Part shown: piece after piece, positions 9,187 to 19,093 of the stretch
Numbering within the stretch: the first letter of the stretch is position 1
Layout: each line of letters starts with the position of its first letter
IMG/VR virus record: IMGVR_UViG_3300019752_000004
Span: 18,850-82,849 of that record
Strand: one strand, 5' to 3'
DNA: 64,000 nucleotides
From: a virus
Translations under genes and position numbers: made by a program
The notes under the pieces: generated by a model
What the model was told of the DNA's origin: nothing
Seen by the model: the letters and a program-made list of their open reading frames with translations, nothing else
Database searches by the model: none

Positions 9187-11299
9187 ATTAGAATTTATTG
9201 AAATCAGTGTACGCAATTTCAGGTCAGTTGGTAATATTCCAATGACTGTTAATTACACTGAGAACGACACAACACTTGTTACCGCCACACAGAACGGTAG
9301 TGGTAAATCTACGCTCCTGCAACATGCACTGTATTTTGCACTCTTTGGCAAGCCATATGGTAAGAAGAGTAAAAAAGGTGGATTGGTTAACAGTCATAAT
9401 AATAAAAACTGTGAAGTTGAACTTTATTTTAAAACTAAAGGCAAGTCCTATAAAGTCATTCGTGGCATGAAACCGAATGTGTTTGATATATGGTGTGATG
9501 GAGAAAAACTTGATGAGCAAGCCAGTTCATCAAATCAACAGACAGCGTTGGAACAGATTACAGGTCTGACAGAAACTATGTTTGTCAATACAGTTGCACT
9601 TGGTAAAGATAAATTTGTACCATTTGTTGAAATGACTGCAGGTGACCGTAGAAAAATGGTTGAAGATATTCTTGATCTCACTGTCTTCACTCGTATGAAT
9701 GAACTGGCTAAAGAAGATGTTAAATCTAAAATGAGTGAATGTGAATCTTTGAAAAGGGATGCAGAGGATAAAAAGGCTCATATTTCGATTCTAACGAATT
9801 CTAAGGCCGATAATGAATCTACTATCCAGATGATGATTAAAACACGGGAGAACCGAACTACAGACGTTTTAAAGACCATCTCAGAGTATGAATCAGAACT
9901 ACAAGACTATGATTTTGAATCCAATGAAGCAGAACTGCAAAAATTGAATGATGAAATCAAAGAAGTTGATTTACAGATTCAGCTTGGATTTAGTTATATC
10001 AAAAACAGTGAGAATCAACAGGCTCGAAAAACTGAATTGAATCTATTGCAGACCACACTCACAGAAGCCGAATCTGAAATGACAGAATATTATTCTGAAT
10101 ATTTGGAAAATTCTGTAGATAATTTTGAAGAACGAATCAAACTCAAATCTATTATGAATGATGGATTTGACAACCTTCGTACGATGCAAAATGAATTGAG
10201 TTCAAAGAAGGCAGAATTATCAAGGGTTGAACGCGAATACGAGGCACAGCTAGCTATTGATACATGTGACAAGTGTGGACAGAAAATCAGTAGCACTATT
10301 ATCACTGATATCAAAACAAAATATGATTCAATCATTGATGAATTGAAAACCGACATTCATAATCTATCATCAACAACAGTTGATATGGAAATGAAATCAG
10401 GTGAAAATGAATCCAAGTACAATGAAATCAATGAACTTGAAAAAACTAGGCTTGAACACGTGGCAAAGTACGAGAGTCTAGTTTCAAATGTAGATAGTAT
10501 TAAAAATAAATTGGTCAATTGCCAGAGAGATATTGATTCCATCGGTGAAATTGAAGGTCAAACAGAGTATGAAATCATCGACGAACTGAATAATGTTCGG
10601 AATTTGAAAACAAGTCATTCGAAATCCCTGTATACAACTTTTGAAAAACAGAACAATGTTCGGAAATCTTTAGATACGGCTAAAAACGAATACAATAGAC
10701 TTTGTGAACCAGATGATACAATTTCCAAGATTCAGAATGACGTTGAATCCACTACAAACAAGATCAAAGATTGTGAAACCAATCTGATTGAAATCAATAA
10801 ACGGTATGATGAAACACTGAATGAACTTAAATACTGTAATATGACGCTGAAACTGTTGTCCGACACAGAAGTCAAGGCTCAAATCATTGAACAGTATATC
10901 CCATTCATCAATGCTAAAATTAATGACACCCTGATTAAGATGAATATGTATGTTGATTTCAGCATGGATATGACATTTAATATTGAATTAAAAGACCCTA
11001 CTCGAAAGAATCAGACCCTGTTTGATTTGTCTAGTGGACAGAAGGCTAAAATCAATATTGCAATTCTCATGGCGTTTCGTGAGGTTGCCAGACTTAAATC
11101 AAGTACTGATTGTAACATTCTGATCCTAGATGAAATTCTTGAACCACTTGCACAGGATAGTGTTGCTGATTGTGTTGAAGCTTTGAAAACAGACGATATT
11201 AAATTGTGGGTTATTTCACAGCGTCATGATGAATTTGCAGAGTATTTTGATAAGGTTAAACGTTACAAACTTGTAAATGATTTTACTACGGAGTTCTAA
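9179..11299 (+). CDS. 46: Recombination ATPase gp46 (Rad50/SbcC-like)
   Basis: NFRSVGN, NGSGKST Walker A, coiled coil with CDKC zinc hook, LSSGQK signature, LILDE Walker B. Confidence 0.95.
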   Translation: MSKLEFIEISVRNFRSVGNIPMTVNYTENDTTLVTATQNGSGKSTLLQHALYFALFGKPYGKKSKKGGLVNSHNNKNCEVELYFKTKGKSYKVIRGMKPNVFDIWCDGEKLDEQASSSNQQTALEQITGLTETMFVNTVALGKDKFVPFVEMTAGDRRKMVEDILDLTVFTRMNELAKEDVKSKMSECESLKRDAEDKKAHISILTNSKADNESTIQMMIKTRENRTTDVLKTISEYESELQDYDFESNEAELQKLNDEIKEVDLQIQLGFSYIKNSENQQARKTELNLLQTTLTEAESEMTEYYSEYLENSVDNFEERIKLKSIMNDGFDNLRTMQNELSSKKAELSRVEREYEAQLAIDTCDKCGQKISSTIITDIKTKYDSIIDELKTDIHNLSSTTVDMEMKSGENESKYNEINELEKTRLEHVAKYESLVSNVDSIKNKLVNCQRDIDSIGEIEGQTEYEIIDELNNVRNLKTSHSKSLYTTFEKQNNVRKSLDTAKNEYNRLCEPDDTISKIQNDVESTTNKIKDCETNLIEINKRYDETLNELKYCNMTLKLLSDTEVKAQIIEQYIPFINAKINDTLIKMNMYVDFSMDMTFNIELKDPTRKNQTLFDLSSGQKAKINIAILMAFREVARLKSSTDCNILILDEILEPLAQDSVADCVEALKTDDIKLWVISQRHDEFAEYFDKVKRYKLVNDFTTEF

Positions 11300-11586
11300 T
11301 GAAATTAAATGAAATGTGTAGGGCCGAACAGCTTAATCTAGTTATTATTATAATTTTGATTGTAATTTTTAGTTATCAGGTGTATATGAATTATACTGGA
11401 TTGGTTCCAGTTGCGTACCATGAAAAGGTTGTTGGTGAATTGCAAAGTGACATAAACCATCTAAAGATTCAGGAACAACAACATGCTGTACGTATGCGTA
11501 TGATGTATGAACGTGATCGTTCAATTTATGATGAAATGGGTTTTTCTAAAGCACCTTCACATACAGATGGTGTAAAGTTGGATTAA
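11299..11586 (+). CDS. membrane-anchored coiled-coil protein (possible i-spanin)
   Basis: N-terminal TM LNLVIIIILIVIFSY followed by a heptad-like segment. Confidence 0.5.
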   Translation: MKLNEMCRAEQLNLVIIIILIVIFSYQVYMNYTGLVPVAYHEKVVGELQSDINHLKIQEQQHAVRMRMMYERDRSIYDEMGFSKAPSHTDGVKLD

Positions 11587-11587
11587 A

Positions 11588-12271
11588 ATGAAAATTAAAA
11601 TTGGTATGATTCTAGGTTGTGTAGTATTGTGTATATCACTCTTCATGAATGGATATCAGTATTTTAAAACTGGTTCACAATTTGAAAGTTTTAATGAATC
11701 TGTCATGGAATATGAAAAACAGCTTAATGTGTCTAATGAAATAATTCTTGAATTGAATCATGTGCTGAACACTCATAATTCACACAGATTTATGTGGTTT
11801 GGTGGGGAGTCAATGGACGCTGAATATTTAAAATTAAGAGTCCAGAGAGTCATGAATGAATTGGGTGTATATGATTCTGATTTCATGTATCTGATTCTAG
11901 GAACCGTTTCAACTGAATCTGATCTAGGATATAATATTGAGACTAAAAATGATTTGGGTTCATTCATGGTAAACCGAAATACATTACAGGATATGTATGA
12001 TGTGTTTTTCAAAAAGAACCCTAATTATAAAAAAGTAGTTGACAGTTATAGAACACCTCGTGTAAGTAGAGAATTCGATGCACGTTATAATGTTGATTAT
12101 GGTATAGGTTTATCTATCTGTTATTATCTGTATAGAGGTGTTGATGGTGAAACTGATCTATCCACACTGGAAAAACGTGCTGATGTATGGAAGAAAGAAT
12201 ATAACAGTCATTTGGGTGCAGGTCATCCAAAACATTTTAAGAAAAAATATACTTTGTATTATGGCGACTAA
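11588..12271 (+). CDS. signal-anchored lysozyme-fold / transglycosylase-like protein
   Basis: N-terminal TM; LILGTVSTESDLG (candidate catalytic Glu); WKKEYNSHLGAG motif. Confidence 0.55.
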   Translation: MKIKIGMILGCVVLCISLFMNGYQYFKTGSQFESFNESVMEYEKQLNVSNEIILELNHVLNTHNSHRFMWFGGESMDAEYLKLRVQRVMNELGVYDSDFMYLILGTVSTESDLGYNIETKNDLGSFMVNRNTLQDMYDVFFKKNPNYKKVVDSYRTPRVSREFDARYNVDYGIGLSICYYLYRGVDGETDLSTLEKRADVWKKEYNSHLGAGHPKHFKKKYTLYYGD

Positions 12272-12302
12272 GAGAAAATATATTTTCACATTTTAAAGGA
12301 GA

Positions 12303-12608
12303 ATGATAATGAGGTATCTGATTTTGTGTGTGATTCTACTGTCGATGACTGCATGTGCATCTGTTGATAAAGTTGGTCACATTGGAAAATGGGAAGTTCA
12401 TAAGGTTGCTACTGTAGGTGTGATTGAGAATAGTGCCACTAGCCTTGTAGCATATGATAACGCCAGTGGATCACTTGTACCGCTTCATGTCACATCTGGT
12501 GACAGTGTTGCGGGTAATCTGGTGAAAGCTGGTGCTGTAGTTGGTGGTGCTGCTATTATGAGTAATGCACTTTCTGATATGGAAATGAACGCAGTCATCA
12601 AACCTTAG
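12303..12608 (+). CDS. lipoprotein (possible o-spanin)
   Basis: Lipobox LLSMTA-C; AAGGAG RBS. Confidence 0.55.
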   Translation: MIMRYLILCVILLSMTACASVDKVGHIGKWEVHKVATVGVIENSATSLVAYDNASGSLVPLHVTSGDSVAGNLVKAGAVVGGAAIMSNALSDMEMNAVIKP

Positions 12609-12656
12609 AATTTATGTGGGTGTATGATTACGATTGTACACCCACATGGAGTGTGA

Positions 12657-12869
12657 ATGAAAATACTTGAAAATATCATTTGTCACCTTGGAATCCACAA
12701 ATGGAAACGTGTCGATAAATTTGGACGACAGCGGTGTGAATATTGTGGTTTAAATCGTGAATGGGAAGATTTTGTATATTATTACTGGTGGAGTGGTGGA
12801 AATGCATGGTTTGGCGATTCATTCCAGAATGGTAAAAAATATAAAGATGGTGGCGAAAATGGAAATTAA
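12657..12869 (+). CDS. small Cys/His hypothetical protein
   Basis: CHLGIHKW..RCEYCG motif; GGAG RBS. Confidence 0.6.
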   Translation: MKILENIICHLGIHKWKRVDKFGRQRCEYCGLNREWEDFVYYYWWSGGNAWFGDSFQNGKKYKDGGENGN

Positions 12870-13206
12870 AGAACAATGGAAATTAGACTTTCTCTCATTT
12901 TTAGGTGATAAACTTGATCTTCGAGAAATGGTATCATGGGATTCTAATTTTAATTTTCACGTAGCTAGCTCTGATATGTGTGTATTGTGTGCAACTGTGG
13001 TTGAAAATATTGAAAACGAAGATGATTTTGAATTATTCATGCAATGCTTTCAAGACATTGTAAAATATGATGAAGATTATGAGTATGACACATGCAATCT
13101 ATATGTTTGTCGTAAAAATGAAATGTCTTCTGAGAAGATTGATATGGGAAAATATCCAGAATGGTTAGTAAAGTTATTCAAGGAATGTAACAATGAAAAA
13201 ATTTAA
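12859..13206 (+). CDS. hypothetical protein
   Basis: ORF overlapping both neighbours. Confidence 0.6.
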   Translation: MEIKEQWKLDFLSFLGDKLDLREMVSWDSNFNFHVASSDMCVLCATVVENIENEDDFELFMQCFQDIVKYDEDYEYDTCNLYVCRKNEMSSEKIDMGKYPEWLVKLFKECNNEKI

Positions 13207-13417
13207 ATACGATGGCGTTATGTTGTTCCTAGTACCAACAGGTAAACCCCCATGTGAGGGTTGTATTTTTGAGCGTAAAGTTCCATGTCCTAGTGATGTG
13301 TGTAATGACCCTGATAATCTATATCATGGCATCCGTTGTGTGTTCAGAACAACACCATTTATAGAATATTTTGATGAAGAATTGTTTGAAGAGGTTGGAG
13401 ATATTGATGAAGACTAA
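13193..13417 (+). CDS. small Cys-rich protein (paralog of 18173-18382)
   Basis: MKxxKYDGV..LV..CxGCxF..CP..F.EELFE. Confidence 0.65.
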   Translation: MKKFKYDGVMLFLVPTGKPPCEGCIFERKVPCPSDVCNDPDNLYHGIRCVFRTTPFIEYFDEELFEEVGDIDED

Positions 13418-13742
13418 AAATGAACAAATTCTAGACAATCTCATGAAAATTGTGTTAAATATAAATCACCTTAAAAAGTCTCTAGATAATATAACATTGG
13501 ATATTGAGGAATCCATAAAAAATGTAGAAAATGTACAAAAAACATTATCTCATATTGACATGCGTGCTAAGACAATGGCTCAAGACTTAGATATGATTGG
13601 TGATCAAAACGTAGATATGATTGAATGTAAAATTATGGAACTTAATGATACATTAGATAGTTTCAGTTGTAATATCGACAATATACCATTAGGTGTGGGC
13701 AACTACGATAGTAGCAGAAAAGAACGACCATATAGGAGATAG
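13407..13742 (+). CDS. hypothetical coiled-coil protein
   Basis: GGAG RBS; heptad pattern. Confidence 0.55.
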   Translation: MKTKNEQILDNLMKIVLNINHLKKSLDNITLDIEESIKNVENVQKTLSHIDMRAKTMAQDLDMIGDQNVDMIECKIMELNDTLDSFSCNIDNIPLGVGNYDSSRKERPYRR

Positions 13743-14054
13743 TGATGAAGAAAACTAAAATAGAATGGAAATATCCACCAAAGGATATGCCGACATTAGG
13801 TCAATCAGTTAGATTTAAAATCGTGTGGTGTGAACATGATGAATAAACAAATTCTAGTCATTGGTGATAATCGATACACCAATCTTTCAATTATTGAAGA
13901 AATTGGTGCTGTTTATAAATTGCCAGAACAACCTGAGCAAATTATTGACAAAGGGGTATTATCCTCATATGGTCCAAGAAAACACAGGAAATGGCCCGTA
14001 CCTAACAAGAAAGACAGATAGAATTATAAAGTTAAACATGATGAAGAATAATGC

Positions 14055-14086
14055 TTGACAAACCATGCCAAACTTGTGTATATGAT
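14055..14086 (+). promoter_or_regulatory. sigma70-like early promoter
   Basis: TTGACA at 14055 with TGTGTATATGAT downstream, in an intergenic region. Confidence 0.55.
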
Positions 14087-14157
14087 GATCTCAATTGTGA
14101 CAGTGGACGATGCAATAGTTGCATCAATGAACAACATTATAAACAGAGGAAATAAGA

Positions 14158-16221
14158 ATGAGCAATTTTAAACAGATGGTTTTATTTTTACAAGTCCATA
14201 TTGGATACATCACTAAGGATGCCACACATCTTTTTGAAGTTGATGTAGACGATGATACAATTTGGAATACATATCTGGATAGTTTTCCAGAGGGTACAAA
14301 TGAAATCTTTCGTGAACGTAGATATTATGATTGTCAGTGTTGTAAAAACTTCATTCGCAATTTCGGCAAAGTAGTCGTAATTGATCCAGACACGTTTGAA
14401 AAAACCAGCATCTGGTCCAACTACAATGAAGATGATAAGTTTAAACCAGTGTTTGATGCACTGAATACACTTGTAACTGGTGCTAATATCAAAAATGTAT
14501 TTGTGAATGATATGAAACGCATTGGAACAGATTCTAATTTTGATAAAAATCCTGAATTGGAATGGGATCATTTCTTTGTAGATGTACCTGAGAAATTCAT
14601 TACGTCACTTAGAAATACTACGGCAAGTAGTGTTATGTCTAAATACAATTCTACACAGGGTGTGATGACCCGTTCATTTCAGCAGATTGATACGGATGCC
14701 GTAGAAACTGTTCTGGATATCATTGCACAGAATAATCTGTACCGTGGTGAAGAATGGGAAAAACCATTGAAAGCGTTTTCTCTGTTACAGAAGAAATTCA
14801 ACACCCTTAATGATGATGAAAAATCTACATTCTGCTGGTTTCACGCAACACTACCACATGGGGAAGTTCTCGGACGAATGAAGAATCACTCTATTGGTAC
14901 ACTTCTTTTAGATTTGTCTGATAATATGGATTTGGAAACTGCTGTAAAACGTTATGAGAATGTAGTTGCACCTCATAACTATAAACGTCCATCAACCCTT
15001 GTAACTAAACGTATGGTTGAAACCGCACAGAAAACAGTTGTTGACCTTGGATACACTGATTCTCTTGAAAGACGACATGCTGCACTAAGTGATATGAATA
15101 TCAATGATGTTCTTTTTGCTGACAGAGATGCAAAGTCTGTTATGTCTACTGGTGTACTTGGAGTGTTTGATGATATTAAATCTGATGCTAAATCCAGCTG
15201 TAAATCTCAGAATTTTGACAATGTACAGGAAGTCAGTATTGCAGATTTCATGGAAACACATCTTCCCACTGCACGGGGTCTTGAACTATATCTTGAAAAC
15301 CGACACACAACCAATATGGTATCGCTCATTGCACCAGTAAATGATGGTTGTAAAAGTATGTTTAAATGGGACAAACCATTTTCATGGAGTTACAACGGCA
15401 ACATTGCAGATTCATCCACCAAAGCCCTTGTAAAAGATCATGGTGGTGACGTTGAAGGTGTGCTTAGATTCAGTCTCCGTTGGAATGATGACGGTGATTG
15501 TAATGATGACCTTGATGCACATTGTGTGGAACCTAACGGCAACATAATTCACTATGCAGATAAATTGAGTCGGGCAACCAGAGGTAGTCTTGATGTAGAT
15601 ATCATTGATCCAGCTGGTAAAACTGCTGTAGAGAATATTACATGGCCATATAAGACTCGTATGAGTGGCGGCGAATATCAATTCATGGTGCATTGTTATT
15701 CTAAGAATGGTGGTCAAAGTGGATTCACTGCTGAAATTGAATTTGATAATGGTGTTATCTATACGTTTGCATATGATGAACCATTGTCACATGGACAATA
15801 TGTAAAGGTAGCTAACGTTATTAAATCTGGTGATAAATTCACTATGATTCCAAAACTCAGTTTGAACAAATCAAATAAAGAGCTTTGGGGTCTGAACACA
15901 AATAAGTTTGTACGTGTATCAACTGTAATGTTGTCTCCAAATCACTGGGTTGATCAGGAGAAGATTGGCAACAAACACTTTTTCTTCATGCTTGAAAACT
16001 GCTTGAATCCAGATGACACCAGAGGTTTCTACAATGAATTCCTTTGTGATAGTCTTGCACGTGACCACAAACGTGTGATGGAAATTCTTGGCAACAAGAT
16101 GAAAGTGTGTTATGCTGATGAACAGTTGTCTGGTGTTGGATTTTCATCCACTAAAAGAAATGATGTAGTATGCAAATATACTACAGAAACCGAAACAAAA
16201 GTTATTAAAATTAAATTCTAG
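14158..16221 (+). CDS. large conserved phage protein with CxCC motif and C-terminal YfaP/TerD-like beta domain
   Basis: WNTYLDSFP, YDCQCCKNFI, NYKRP, LRFSLRW..DDLDAHCVEP, LDVDI, AVENITW. Confidence 0.75.
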   Translation: MSNFKQMVLFLQVHIGYITKDATHLFEVDVDDDTIWNTYLDSFPEGTNEIFRERRYYDCQCCKNFIRNFGKVVVIDPDTFEKTSIWSNYNEDDKFKPVFDALNTLVTGANIKNVFVNDMKRIGTDSNFDKNPELEWDHFFVDVPEKFITSLRNTTASSVMSKYNSTQGVMTRSFQQIDTDAVETVLDIIAQNNLYRGEEWEKPLKAFSLLQKKFNTLNDDEKSTFCWFHATLPHGEVLGRMKNHSIGTLLLDLSDNMDLETAVKRYENVVAPHNYKRPSTLVTKRMVETAQKTVVDLGYTDSLERRHAALSDMNINDVLFADRDAKSVMSTGVLGVFDDIKSDAKSSCKSQNFDNVQEVSIADFMETHLPTARGLELYLENRHTTNMVSLIAPVNDGCKSMFKWDKPFSWSYNGNIADSSTKALVKDHGGDVEGVLRFSLRWNDDGDCNDDLDAHCVEPNGNIIHYADKLSRATRGSLDVDIIDPAGKTAVENITWPYKTRMSGGEYQFMVHCYSKNGGQSGFTAEIEFDNGVIYTFAYDEPLSHGQYVKVANVIKSGDKFTMIPKLSLNKSNKELWGLNTNKFVRVSTVMLSPNHWVDQEKIGNKHFFFMLENCLNPDDTRGFYNEFLCDSLARDHKRVMEILGNKMKVCYADEQLSGVGFSSTKRNDVVCKYTTETETKVIKIKF

Positions 16222-16230
16222 GAGAATCCT

Positions 16231-16593
16231 ATGGAAATGTTTGAAAGATGCGTAAGAGAGAAAGTTAGATTCAATTACAATGGTGTTATCACGACAGAAG
16301 ATTTGTGGGATTTACATACACTTACACTGGATGTAATCTATTCTGAAATTCAGTTGAAAATTGAAAGACTTCCAAAAACCAGCCTCATTAAAGGTGGGGT
16401 TAGTAAGGAACGTGAAAAACTTGAATTTAAAGCCTCTGTGGTCGCATATGTTTATAAGGTAAAGACAGAGGAAGAAAAAGAACGTGAACGTGTGGAAATC
16501 AATTCACAGCGTAGACAGAAGATTCTTAAACAGATCGAAGAACAGGAATTTAAAAACCTGTCTATTGATGAATTGAAAGAAATGTTGAAATAG
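16231..16593 (+). CDS. conserved phage hypothetical protein, partner of the upstream gene
   Basis: MFE..R.K.RF..G.ITTEDLWDL motif; C-terminal coiled coil. Confidence 0.75.
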   Translation: MEMFERCVREKVRFNYNGVITTEDLWDLHTLTLDVIYSEIQLKIERLPKTSLIKGGVSKEREKLEFKASVVAYVYKVKTEEEKERERVEINSQRRQKILKQIEEQEFKNLSIDELKEMLK

Positions 16594-16675
16594 TTGTTGA
16601 CAACTAAAACTAAGGTGTGTATTCCTGTATTTGTGAACAGGTGATGCACACCTTTTTAATTTTTAAAATGGAGAA
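16592..16675 (+). repeat. Family A promoter/terminator stem-loop repeat, copy 3
   Basis: TTGACA(16597)-N17-TATTCC; stem 16612-16654; almost identical to 5081-5165. Confidence 0.9.
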
Positions 16676-16676
16676 T

Positions 16677-16889
16677 ATGCAATGATCGATTACAAATGCT
16701 AAAGTTATCTTGACAGACGGTGCGGACACTATCTTATTCACAACAGATGTGAAAAGTCCTAACTATGGCGAAGAATATGTAACAATGAAAACAATTCTTG
16801 TTTCGGGCACTGCAATCAAAATGATGCAAAACGAATGGCCTAGTCTTCCATACACACTGATAGACGCTACAACACAGAATGGAGAATAA
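16677..16889 (+). pseudogene. disrupted small ORF after a family A cassette
   Basis: ATG 16682 gives MIDYKC*; ATG 16677 hits TGA at 16683; the downstream frame (ITNAKVILTDGADTILFTTD...NGE*) stays open about 66 codons. Confidence 0.55.
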
Positions 16890-16890
16890 A

Positions 16891-17370
16891 ATGGCTACTA
16901 ACAAACAGGTTGAAGATTTTGCATATGAAATGATTGAATACTATGCAATGGTAGAAGCTGTGGATAAGTTGTCTGATAACGTCACAAAGCTTTCACATAC
17001 TGGTAAAGTAATCAAAGAACGTGCAAAGTGTGTCGAAAAGATTCAAAACATCAGAAAAGAATTTGAATATGCATCAAATTGGATTATTACACCAGTTGAA
17101 GGTTACCCTGCTGTAATCATTAAAATTTGGGTGTGTGAATACAGACTAATTTGCAAACACCCTCACATTTCACAAGCATATTTCAAACTAGAACACGGTC
17201 TTAAAGATGTAGATATTCTTAAAATGTACTGTGATTATGTAGAGTTGAAAAATCTTCTGAATGAGAAGGTAACTCAGACTTTTACAGTTTACTGTGGTAT
17301 GCCTTACCAACAACGTAGATCGCAATTGGCAAAACTTAGATATAAAGTGAAAAATCAAAATGTCTCGTAA
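16891..17370 (+). CDS. hypothetical protein
   Basis: GGAG RBS, ATG 16891. Confidence 0.65.
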   Translation: MATNKQVEDFAYEMIEYYAMVEAVDKLSDNVTKLSHTGKVIKERAKCVEKIQNIRKEFEYASNWIITPVEGYPAVIIKIWVCEYRLICKHPHISQAYFKLEHGLKDVDILKMYCDYVELKNLLNEKVTQTFTVYCGMPYQQRRSQLAKLRYKVKNQNVS

Positions 17371-17536
17371 AGAAAGACTTTACAAAGCTGCATTATTCTG
17401 GCATAGAAAAGCTCTAGGCTATTGCAACAAGACAGATGATATGGAAAGATTTAGAAACCTTTGTCAACGTGCATATAGTTATGCACAATGGTTTGAAGCA
17501 CTTGCAGAAATGGAGAAACAAAATGAAAGATATTAA
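17360..17536 (+). CDS. small hypothetical protein (58 aa, not in the ORF track)
   Basis: MSRKERLYKAALFWHRK...NERY*; overlaps both neighbours. Confidence 0.55.
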   Translation: MSRKERLYKAALFWHRKALGYCNKTDDMERFRNLCQRAYSYAQWFEALAEMEKQNERY

Positions 17537-17744
17537 AGTTGGAAGATGGTCATATGAGTTTGCAATTACAGAAGAAGAAAAGAAGGAAGCTCTTGATATT
17601 GTTTCTTGTCGAACTGGTGTATGTTGTCTGCATTGTGTAAAAGACAACACATCAATCGAATACGGATATGATGAATTTGAAGACGACATTCTTCCATCTT
17701 TGAACGTGTTTGATGAAAATTATTATTTAGCAGTAGAATGTTAG
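17523..17744 (+). CDS. hypothetical protein
   Basis: GGAG RBS, ATG 17523. Confidence 0.6.
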   Translation: MKDIKVGRWSYEFAITEEEKKEALDIVSCRTGVCCLHCVKDNTSIEYGYDEFEDDILPSLNVFDENYYLAVEC

Positions 17745-17751
17745 GTGAGTC

Positions 17752-18186
17752 ATGGAATTCACAACAGCATTTTTAATATTAATTGTAATTGCATGTGTAT
17801 GTGGTTTTATATGTAGGGATAATCCTAACAAACCAAATACATCAACGGCATCCAACAAATGCAATCATGATTGGATACCAACACGAACTAAAGGGTATCT
17901 GGTATCGTTTGATCAAACTGGTGTGAGACTGCCATACTCTATCATTTACAAACAACGTGTATGTGTATTATGTGGAGAATTGTATGATCACGCAAAACGT
18001 CAGTGTATGAGTGGCACATATCATGAAATCACAAAAGAACAGTTTGACGAATATCAGAAACAGGACTCTGAAAAGTTTTGGGAAGAATTGCACCGTGAAG
18101 TTGATTCTGAAAACCACAAAAACTTTATGTCTAAAGTAGAACGTGCTGAAACAATTTTAAAGGAGAAACAAAATGAAAACTTATAA
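17752..18186 (+). CDS. membrane-anchored Cys-containing hypothetical protein
   Basis: N-terminal TM; CNHDW, CVLCG. Confidence 0.6.
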   Translation: MEFTTAFLILIVIACVCGFICRDNPNKPNTSTASNKCNHDWIPTRTKGYLVSFDQTGVRLPYSIIYKQRVCVLCGELYDHAKRQCMSGTYHEITKEQFDEYQKQDSEKFWEELHREVDSENHKNFMSKVERAETILKEKQNENL

Positions 18187-18382
18187 GTACGATGGTGTGG
18201 AATTGGTATTAGTAGCAGACGGACACGGTTTGTATTCAGGTACGTGTGTAGGATGTTATTTTGATTCGTTTGAAGGGGGATGTCCAGAAATATGCGGAGA
18301 TGGTAGCATATTTATCCATGTGAATGAGAATGCTGTATTCCATGAAGACTTATTTGAAGTAACGGATGTCGATGATGGATAA
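18173..18382 (+). CDS. small Cys-rich protein (paralog of 13193-13417)
   Basis: MKTYKYDGVELVLV..CVGCYF..CP..FHEDLFE; AAGGAG RBS. Confidence 0.65.
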   Translation: MKTYKYDGVELVLVADGHGLYSGTCVGCYFDSFEGGCPEICGDGSIFIHVNENAVFHEDLFEVTDVDDG

Positions 18383-18617
18383 TTCACTCATAGAAGCTCT
18401 AATAGAAGCCCTAGAAGATATTGACAGACTTATTGAAAATGGTGAAATCACTAAGAACGATGATACAGATTATTGTTTTCCACATCACTGTGACGGACAA
18501 TGCCAAGGAATGGGTGGTTGTCCATACTGTTGTGAATTCTGGTATGATGATGCCGTAGAACGTGGTGTTGATCCAGAAAATTTAAAAGAACTTGATTGTT
18601 GTATGCAAGGATACTAA
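18366..18617 (+). CDS. small Cys-rich hypothetical protein
   Basis: CFPHHCDGQCQGMGGCPYCC. Confidence 0.55.
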   Translation: MSMMDNSLIEALIEALEDIDRLIENGEITKNDDTDYCFPHHCDGQCQGMGGCPYCCEFWYDDAVERGVDPENLKELDCCMQGY

Positions 18618-18629
18618 ATCTCTCAAATT

Positions 18630-18697
18630 GATTCTAACGCATTCTAAACTTAAAGATAGGTCAATATACCTAAAATGGTTTAGAATGCGTTAGAATC
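18630..18697. repeat. 68-bp inverted-repeat element (family D), copy 1, between convergent genes
   Basis: GATTCTAACGCATTCTAAAC-N28-GTTTAGAATGCGTTAGAATC, perfect 20-bp IR. Confidence 0.85.
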
Positions 18698-18712
18698 GTG
18701 TTTCTGGCCGTT

Positions 18713-19093
18713 TTATCGTAGTCTGGATAGTGGAAGACTAAACGTATTTAAAGTTTCCTGATTGATTATGAAATATTTAATATCAATAACCAACGTATTA
18801 TCATCTTGTTCCATTACATTAATCTCATCAACTTCACATCTAGGTTCATATTCATCTATCAAGTTCTTTAGACTCTGTTGAATTTGAGTTGTAAATGCAA
18901 TGTCCAGATTTTCAAACAGTTGATCCTCTATACCAGCACCATAAAATGGGTCATATAGAATCTCACCTTGTCTCGTTAAAATTAAATGTCTTAGACTCTG
19001 ATTGACACTACTAGCATTATTTTTAACACCAATATCTCCTGTAACTGGATTACGAACTAGACTAAAATCCATATCCTTGTATATATTTCCCAT
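18713..19093 (-). CDS. 25: Baseplate wedge subunit gp25
   Basis: YKDMDFS..NPVTGDI, SLRHLILT.QGE..YDPFYG, YEPR. Confidence 0.92.
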   Translation of the reverse strand: MGNIYKDMDFSLVRNPVTGDIGVKNNASSVNQSLRHLILTRQGEILYDPFYGAGIEDQLFENLDIAFTTQIQQSLKNLIDEYEPRCEVDEINVMEQDDNTLVIDIKYFIINQETLNTFSLPLSRLR

